A stretch of 61,638 bases of DNA, the filler included, from Choristocarpus tenellus KU-1152 (lineage: Eukaryota; Protista; Phaeophyceae), in assembly GCA_964200185.2 (NCBI GenBank). It is 9 parts of 9 records of this genome, joined end to end, with 100 filler letters (N's around TTAATTAATTAA, not from the genome) between each part and the next. Parts side by side here need not be neighbours in the genome. Positions count along the whole stretch, not along the records: positions 50,859 to 57,671 come from CAXNAD020007290.1; positions 57,772 to 61,638 come from CAXNAD020017493.1; 7 more parts are not named here. One strand, written 5' to 3'. Position 1 is the stretch's first letter, and every line of letters starts with the position of its first letter. The notes under the pieces are model-generated. The model did not search any database. It worked only from the letters and a program-made list of their open reading frames with translations, and was not told the DNA's origin. The translations under genes were made by a program, and so were the position numbers. Shown piece after piece: positions 53,968 through 61,638 of the stretch.

Positions 53968-55077
53968 ACCGCTCGTCGTACCTTCCCTCACGTTGCAACC
54001 TGGACTGCGCCCTGTCACCGGCTCGCACTGGAGGAGATGATGACGTTCTAGAGCCGCTGGTTGTTTCAGACTGTGTATTTCGGGTAGAGGCGTGCCTGGA
54101 CAGGCATGAATCAGCCAGGGCTAACCTTGCCCACCGACAGCTGGAAGCCGATGCGACTAACAACCTTGGAAGGCACCCAGTGAGTTAGAATTGACATTTG
54201 GGTTGAATGGGGCAGGGAGGGCAACGGGGGAAAGGGGCTATTAACAGGAAAGTACGTTGAATAGAAGATTTTTTTTCATTTGTAAACCAGCGGCTTGCCC
54301 ATCCCTCTCTCCCTGCTTTAGAGTTCTCCACCATTAGGAACCATCCTCTTTGTGTCAAGATTAAGCCTTAGGTAAGTGGTGTCCTGCGTAGCAAATACTA
54401 CTCACTTCTTGGCACTAGCCCTAACCCTATTGCTAGTGCACTTTACAGTTTCTATTTAGAAAAAAATGTGCTCTTTATCTTTGCTCAGGATTTTCACGTG
54501 TTCCACGTGTGTTTCTCTTAAGAAGTATTACGGAACGGTTATTCCTCACACTGTCATTTATAGACTTTTGGTCATGAATTTCCTAATTATCCCGAAAGAG
54601 ACCTTTTGTACATTGTGGGTAGTCAATTAGTTTGATTCGATCGATTAAAGAACATTAGATTTAGTCAGTTACAGGATTGAATAAGTTGGATTAGTCAGTT
54701 ACCCTTAGTCTTCTTTTTTGGACTCTTTCTAGGTTCAAGACCCCAGACACCAACACAACCACGCACAGAAATGCCTTGCCTGTGATGCAGAGCGTTCCCA
54801 CTGTGCTGTGAGTGTCCCTGGGGACTCCCTCTGTTGTATTTTAGGACATGGGCATGAGTGTCTATTCTCGGCAGTCAGTGTGCTGTCGGTTGAGTGCTTT
54901 TTGACATGAAGAGACGATAATGACAAGAAGAAGCCAGAGGCCGAGGTGAAGACCCAAGGTGAAGGTCACCACTAGGATGGAGCAAGAATAGAACGTCTGG
55001 GAGTAGACAGCAGTGAAATCCTACAGGTTGACTGTGCCTATTTGGTTCTATTTCATTCTGTACATATGGGGGGAAGG
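53968..55077 (+). CDS. Candidate exons of an unidentified gene (53968-54179, 54733-54807, 55028-55077)
   Basis: Open frames bounded by AG and strong donors (GTGAGT, GTGAGT, GTAACC). The first two junctions are phase-compatible. No family recognised. Confidence 0.35.
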
Positions 55078-57000
55078 TAACCCAAAGTGGCCGATTTTGA
55101 TTCACACTTCACTAATTCGGAGAGGTTGCAACCCTGCCTGAAGAGAGACAAGACGAGTGAGTTGGTGGGGACTATGGGGGAGTTCAGTTGCTGATGGCGA
55201 TGTACTTGTGGGAATCACAGCCAGAAAGTGCATTCAACAGCAGGCAGCACACGCGGGAAGGTTTATGCCTTTGGGAGGGAGATTAATTGTGCTTAAGCGT
55301 GACCAGTGAGATTGGGCATCGCAACGACCTGCTCAAGCTGTAGTATGCAATGACTCTTAAGTCACATGCTTGGTCAAACTTGACTTGTAACGTTCCAGTC
55401 GTTCCTGTGACACCGATAGACTCTACACGTCCATGTTCTCAACATCTTGGAGAGTTCACAACCCCTGCCCGATCGAGAACGAACCCGTTGAATGTACAAG
55501 CCGCTGGTGCATTCTTGTGAATGTTGGATTCAAGAGGTGGACAGACGGAAGGCTGCGAGCAGAAAGAAATTGATGTCATTCGTAGACCAGAGTGGATCAG
55601 TCACAGCACCAGCGTGTACTGTTACCTAGTAGGTAAAACAACTGTGGGTAGCATTATGGTAGGGGCCATGCACATTAGTATTGACACTACGCATGTACCG
55701 TTGACGTTCCTCTTGCCACCTCCTGGGTCTGTCCCTCTTGAGCGAGCCTACCATGTCAGAGGTGCAGGTGAGAGCAAGTTCTAGACTGCCGCAGTAGTTG
55801 TACTCTCAGTTCACGGGTGAATGTGTGTCCTGCGCTTGTTTCCTGTGGCGGGGTGCAGTCTGGAGGGTGACATTTTTTGAGGGTACACTAGCCCTAACTC
55901 TTAAAAGTCGACCTTTGCCACTTCGATTGAACGGTTTACATTTTTTTTTTCTGAGGCGTTTGTTTGCCTCATTTAAAAAAAAAAAAAAATGAAATTTGAT
56001 TTCTTCAGGTGACAACGATGTGTATTGTTTGCTACGTACACGTACACGGATAGGGCCGTGTACGAATTGCTCTCGAGTCGAAATTCGTCGAAGTGGTGTT
56101 TTAGTTTTTTTTAATTTTTTTTTTAATTTTAATTTTTTTTTAATGTATCCGGCAATGAGAACAGAATAGGAACAGAATAGGAACATAATCCCATGGTTGC
56201 GCCGGATCTATCCGAGAACAGGTTGCTCTACGGCTCTGATAGTTGGTTGCAGTCGGTTAGGGATGGTTGGATGGTAGGTGGGACTGGGGGTGATGGCCGA
56301 TGAATGGAGTGAGAGGTGGAGCACCCCAGTCTTTATTCTGTGTAGATAACTGAGATTCGACTGTACCACCAAGGCAGCAAGCATTGCCGCAAACAAACAA
56401 TGCCTTCACAACGATTCGTAATCTTTTGTTTTGAGTATGTTTTCTTAACCTTGCAAGGCGTGACGCGTGCGTGTATTTTTTTTTTACTTTGTACGTACTA
56501 CATACGTCTGGAGCATCTTATTGTTTGGTTTTATTTTAGTATCGTGTGTACGTGCCATGGCTGCTATCGCTCGCGGCAGGTGTACCTTGAGCTGTCATGA
56601 ACAATAACAAAGAAGAGAGTATACTTTGATGAAGCGAAAAACCCTGATTATTGCTGATTCGTGTTTTTGATTAATTTTTGACCGATTATTACTGAGATTG
56701 ATTTTACTCCCAAAGGGTGGGCTTATTTGGGGCAGGATGGGCAGGGCTGTTTGTGTGTACAATTGTAGGTTGGTAGCATTCGTTGCTGGTGCAGTACAAC
56801 CATAGTTGGCAAAGCACGCCATCCATGTCTGGAGTTGGTTGTTGGCCTGGTGGTATGAATATAGCATTAGATGGAGTGACAATAGTGACGAACACATTTG
56901 ATTTGACGTCATTGTCAGTTTGGCACACCAGTCCATACCAGTCCATTTCGGAATTGTTCATTTGAGAGGTTGTGTTTGAGAGGTTGGATTTCTTGGTGGC

Positions 57001-57390
57001 TGATCGATGAATGGTTTGGTGGATGAGTAGATTGATGGGTGAATACATTGATAGGTGAATACATTGATGGGTGAATAGATGGATGGATGAATACATTGAT
57101 GGGTGAATAGATGGATGGGTGAATAGATGGATCGATGAATGGTTTGATGGATGAGTAGATTGATGGGTGAATACATTGATGGGTGAGTACATTGATGGGT
57201 GAATACATTGATGAATGAATAGATGGATGAATACATTGATGGGTGAATACATGGATGAATGAATAGATTAATGGGTGAATAGATTGATGAATGAATAGAT
57301 GGATGGATGAATAGATTGATGGGTGAATACATTGATGGATGAATACATTGATGGATGAATAGATCGATGGGTGAATATATTGATCGATGA
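57001..57390. repeat. Compound tetranucleotide-based minisatellite (core GATGGGTGAATACATT)
   Basis: Read directly from the sequence. It explains the HPSI/YSPIN spurious ORFs. Confidence 0.95.
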
Positions 57391-57671
57391 CGACCTTCGG
57401 AGTGTAAAGCAAAACCGCGACATGCATGTGTTCTGCCCAGGGCACCCGGGTCCGCTATTCCAAGATGGTGCAGTTGGTGCATGAGGGGAGTGATGCCATG
57501 GTGTGCTTGGATGTACGGGAACGCTCAGACGGAGAGGGATTCGCAATGAGAGTTGTTCTCAAGACCTTTGACTTGCCTGCAGGTGTGATGGTATTGACCA
57601 ATAGGAGAATGCGCTTGGATGGTGGGAGGCTGGGGATGGGATGGGGTGGGGTGGAGTGGAGTGGGGTGGAG

Positions 57672-57771
57672 NNNNNNNNNNNNNNNNNNNNNNNNNNNNN
57701 NNNNNNNNNNNNNNNTTAATTAATTAANNNNNNNNNNNNNNNNNNNNNNNNNNNNNNNNNNNNNNNNNNNN
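57672..57771. other. Artificial contig linker
   Basis: N44-TTAATTAATTAA-N44. Confidence 0.98.
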
Positions 57772-58299
57772 GCCGTCCGAGAGAAGTTCCTCGTAGGAGC
57801 GTTCTTGATTGACTGGTCTTTCACTTGTCAACGCATCCAAACAGTGGGTATATCAGCAATGAACGATGAAACACCTCCGCCAGTCCCGGTAGTTCGAGTC
57901 GTCCAATAGTTTCGGTGGTTGGGTTCTCGATCTCTTTGTTGTAGGGCGAACAATATGTGTGCCTGTCCCCAAGCTCTCCGAAGAACCGGACCTCCGGCTT
58001 GCTCCACTTCTGATGCTCCTAGTATCCAAACTGTGTCCCCTCTCTGGGAAATTTGCCCTCAACATGGGTTCCATAGGACCCACTTCGACTGGTACGCCCC
58101 CAGTCGGAGGCCGTGTGCTGGGCACAGCGGCCTGGACGACGGGATGATCTCCATCGCCGACTCTTTCAGACTGAACCATGAGATTGCCAACATTTCTTGA
58201 CAACTGCGCTATCGTCACCATAAGCTGTCTGAATTCTTGGACAGATGAGCCCTCGGAAGGAACAGGCAATTCTTGAATCGCAAGTCCTTGTGTAGACAT
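57772..58299 (-). mobile_element. Copia-type gag N-terminus, with a premature stop, truncated by the contig end
   Basis: PPKLLDDSNYRDWRRCF resembles the Copia gag-start motif L...NY..W. The frame continues past a TGA at 57853-57855 to the contig edge. Confidence 0.5.
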
Positions 58300-61200
58300 G
58301 ATGAAATGATGGGTGAAAACCTAAGGTTCAATATATTGTGTTAAAGTATCCCCAAAATCATCAAAGAGGATAAAGGTGATAAATCCGGTGATATTGCTTG
58401 GTATTTGTATAGAGATTGATTAAATTTAGGTGGGGCATGCAAGGCCCCATAAAATCAGAAATATTTCCTTTAATATTAGAAAAATTCTCATTCAACTAAT
58501 CACTAGTAAATGGTTCTGATAAATCAACCACAAATTGTTTGTTCCGTTGCTCCATACATATTTTACCGTAACTGTCCGATAGAGTTGGGAAGAGTCTAAT
58601 GGAACAACACCCTCCTAGTAATGCTTCCCCCCTCCTACCTAGGTCATTCAGTCCCATCACAAACATCTCCGAGTCCTTTTCTCCTTGCCACTTCTCCCAT
58701 GCCCTCAACCAATCTTCACATTCATCACTCTTTACGCCTTCCCCTCCACCTCTACCTTTGATTGTCCAGCGTATCGACCCTGGTGTTGGAATCACTGACG
58801 TCCCCAGCATATGTTGTGGTAGCACTGACGTCCACTGGTCCTTTCCTTCCGGCCCAACCCCGTTCCCCGCTTGACTAAACAGGGGGATGAATCCGAGGAG
58901 TACGAAATATTTCCTCACTTGGACCCTGTTCCATGATTGTATCATGGATTTCTCTTTTTTCCTTTCTGCCAATGTTGCTGAAGTTATCGAACCTTCTCCT
59001 ATGGTCGATCTGGCTCACTCTCACATCCCTCTCCCCCCCCCTACACGTCCTGATTTATTCGCCAGACATAGCTCCGGCAGGATCTCCATCATGTTGTCCA
59101 TTCTTTCGGTTAGTTTGGCTATCTCGTTGGTCTGGACCTGGGGTTGGCTGGAGTCGCCTTCGATCCTGTTCCTTGCTTCTTCTTCTTCCTCCCCCTCTCC
59201 TTTCTTCTCCCCTCCCCCTCTGCGCTGAAGTCCATCTCTCGTTGTACTTTCTCAATCTCCATCTGCATCCTCCGCGCCGCCATTGTTTCCATCTCTTCTT
59301 CACTTTCTTTCCCTCATTTTTCTTCCCCCCAACCTTGCATTATTTTTCTCATGTCCTCACCCATTTCCTTATCGTTGTTTCCCAGGAATTTTCCCCACGC
59401 CGTCTTGTTCTCGTCGTTCGTGTTCTCTTGCCTTTCAGTCATACTTTAATTAGGAAAGCTTGCTCGGAGGTTATCTTGTTCTCGCCCTCCTTGTCCTGTA
59501 CTCCTGGCTCTCAGCCCTCTTATCAGGTACTGATCATTTCTTCCCTATCCCTCTTCCTACCACTCACTTCTATGAACCTTTCTCCCCCCTCTCTCAGCCA
59601 GTCATTCCTTAACTAATCGTTCCCTTCTTGCTTACTTCTTTTTCTTTCCTCTACCCTCCCTTGTCCTGTGCCCCCAGCCAACCAGAATTCGTCCGCCCAC
59701 AAAATTCAGATTACTTTATAAACTTTCACATGATGTTTAAATCGAGAAATAAAGAGTGAGCAGGAGATACTTTGGTGGCAGTTAGAGTATTCCTTATTTG
59801 CATCATACACCCGAATTCTACTCACTACAAATTGAAAGACATCTCCCAGCCGTTGTATACGTACTCAAAATGCATTTTTTTCCTGCAACTTCTAAGAAAT
59901 CAACATTAATTCTGAAAGATCACCTGTTTGCTACAAATCTCGTATACCTCTCGCGCGTGCTAGGACACAAGAAGAAGTGCTCGCGCTATTCCCCCGTAAC
60001 ACATAGAACTTATTTTATTCCAAGGTGTATTGATGTATGTATGTATATATTTATGTGGTTTTAACAGTTTTTGGATAGTCTATTCTTGCGGTATCACATT
60101 TGCTGTCGTATGTATTGTTATAATCCCATGATACCAATGATCGCATATGGGACGGCTATTTCTCCAATCAATTCTAATGACAACATTGAGATTTTGCAGT
60201 CGTTAGACTTCATCTTATTACTCCTCTCGACATATAAGAAATGTCTGTCGCATCACTTGTCCATTATATCGACCAAAGTATCGTTTACAACTCATACAGG
60301 GTAATTGATTTGTCAGTTATATGATCCTCAGTTTTTTACCAGGGGAACAAATCATATCATAACACAATTCGTGGACGATATCATGAAGTATAATTGTCGA
60401 CCCAAGGGCGTACTACAACATTTGAGGGTTTTATAAAGGTAAGCAACATCCTTGAGGTTTGTTCATACTCTTGGTTCTTCCCCTCATCAAACAGTAGTTC
60501 CTGTAGTATCCAACCTAAATTTACGCAAGATTATGTCCTCATTGCTAACACGCAAGAGGAATTTGACACGTTTCAACTTATGGCAGTGATGACATCGAAC
60601 AAACAATATCACCGAACCATAATGTCGATCCAAGGGGAGGCACTAGGATTCGAACCTGCTTCGTAACTCCACTGAATACTTCTTACTTGTTGTACTATCT
60701 TCCTCTGATATTTCTCCCTAACAGTGATGTTGACCTCAACAAACGCGCTCCAGATTCTACCACAGTAATAGTGGGAAAAGTTTCATCTCGAGATGAAACA
60801 TGGTAGATCTCATACTATCACCATAAATATTTTAATAACACAGATGTAAACAGGCCTACAAGATCTTCAGGCTGAAGAGGAGCGGTAAGACCCACAGGAG
60901 GCAACAAAATGGAGAGAGACAAGACAAGAGGGAGAGCAGTCGGTCAAAATGTGACCCAGAAAAGAGTGAACAAAGTGAATGAGGGTTTTAAGGACCCCTC
61001 AAACTACCTGGTATTTACTTCAGGCAGATGTTCACTTCAACATGTAAAGCAGATGCCATATGAACAGCAGATCTTCAAGTTAGATCACCTTAAACGTATT
61101 CCTTAGTTGGAAGATAGCTGTCACAACTCAAAATGTTTATGCACATCCAGTCAATGATCAGGGTGGATGATGATGGATTTCGATTCAAACACTACTTCCC

Positions 61201-61638
61201 AACAAAAAATCTATGATCACAAGAATAATGTTCCATCCTAAGAATCACTTGATGACTGAGTAAAAATCCAGATATTCTCGTTCTATAACAATAAACCACG
61301 TGTAAATACCGAAATAGTCGAACAATTCTCACCTTGTAATGTAGTAAGTATGTATATTATTATTATTGTGCCCTCTGACATTTTGCAAATGTGCCAGGGG
61401 GGAAACCAATGAAAACTACACATATGTCGTTATTAGCCCTAAAGAAATAAAATATCATAAACGTAAGAACACTACAAAACATTTTAAGTGTGGAAATCAC
61501 TAATCTATCAGTTACTTCACCAATATAAAATATTGTACTACTGTCGTCCTTTGCTTCCCATCTACCTACTCCTGTGCCCCGGGGGGGGGAGCTAGGGAGG
61601 CATCCTAAGAATCCAACAGACCCCTCCTTGCCCATCTC

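Noticed and set aside
56580-56660. VYLELS*TITKKRVYFDEAKTLIIAD with an in-frame TGA (selenoprotein candidate)
   Set aside because: No CxxU/UxxC context, no SECIS identified and no phase-consistent gene model.
56704-57546. Repetitive ORFs of 92-182 aa (also 39393-39726 and the poly-Pro/Gly ORFs near 6078, 35648 and 35773)
   Set aside because: They are translations of microsatellites and homopolymer runs.
58496-59616. Long ORFs on both strands (158 aa, 227 aa)
   Set aside because: Purine/pyrimidine-skewed low-complexity sequence with internal stops. Perhaps a decayed gag, but unsupported.
60634-60673. tRNA gene on the minus strand (GGTTCGAATCC B-box/T-loop)
   Set aside because: The T-stem is only partly paired, and no D arm, anticodon arm or acceptor stem is recognisable. 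At most a SINE or tRNA fragment.

Overview
This is eukaryotic nuclear DNA, most likely from a stramenopile alga (inferred from intron-rich genes, interspersed TTAGGG tracts and gene content). It is not one locus. Eight identical 100-nt linkers (N44-TTAATTAATTAA-N44) join nine unrelated contigs: 1-4827, 4928-8690, 8791-15463, 15564-34499, 34600-37173, 37274-40048, 40149-50758, 50859-57671 and 57772-61638. Most ORFs in the six-frame track are spurious. By hand-splicing, the real genes are an ARM-repeat protein (partial), Der/EngA GTPase (2 exons), an OTU deubiquitinase with a SEC-C motif (complete, 4 exons), beta-COP (1 exon), membralin/TMEM259 (near complete) head-to-head with a NEMP/TMEM194 nuclear-envelope protein (near complete), NDUFS7/PSST (2 exons), an FGGY sugar kinase (3 exons) and UTP4 (3' part). 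The rest is decayed Copia, Gypsy and LINE relics, dispersed repeats, a ~105-120 bp intronic satellite and microsatellites. I found no CRISPR, Fanzor or viral system that I can support. The most interesting signals are a CaaX-ending NEMP, its divergent pairing with membralin, GC donors and frequent AAG/GAG acceptors, a young repeat terminus at four contig ends, a hairpin-bearing insertion nested in a Copia RT, and the two-unit-type satellite. All homology calls come from recalled motifs, not from database searches.
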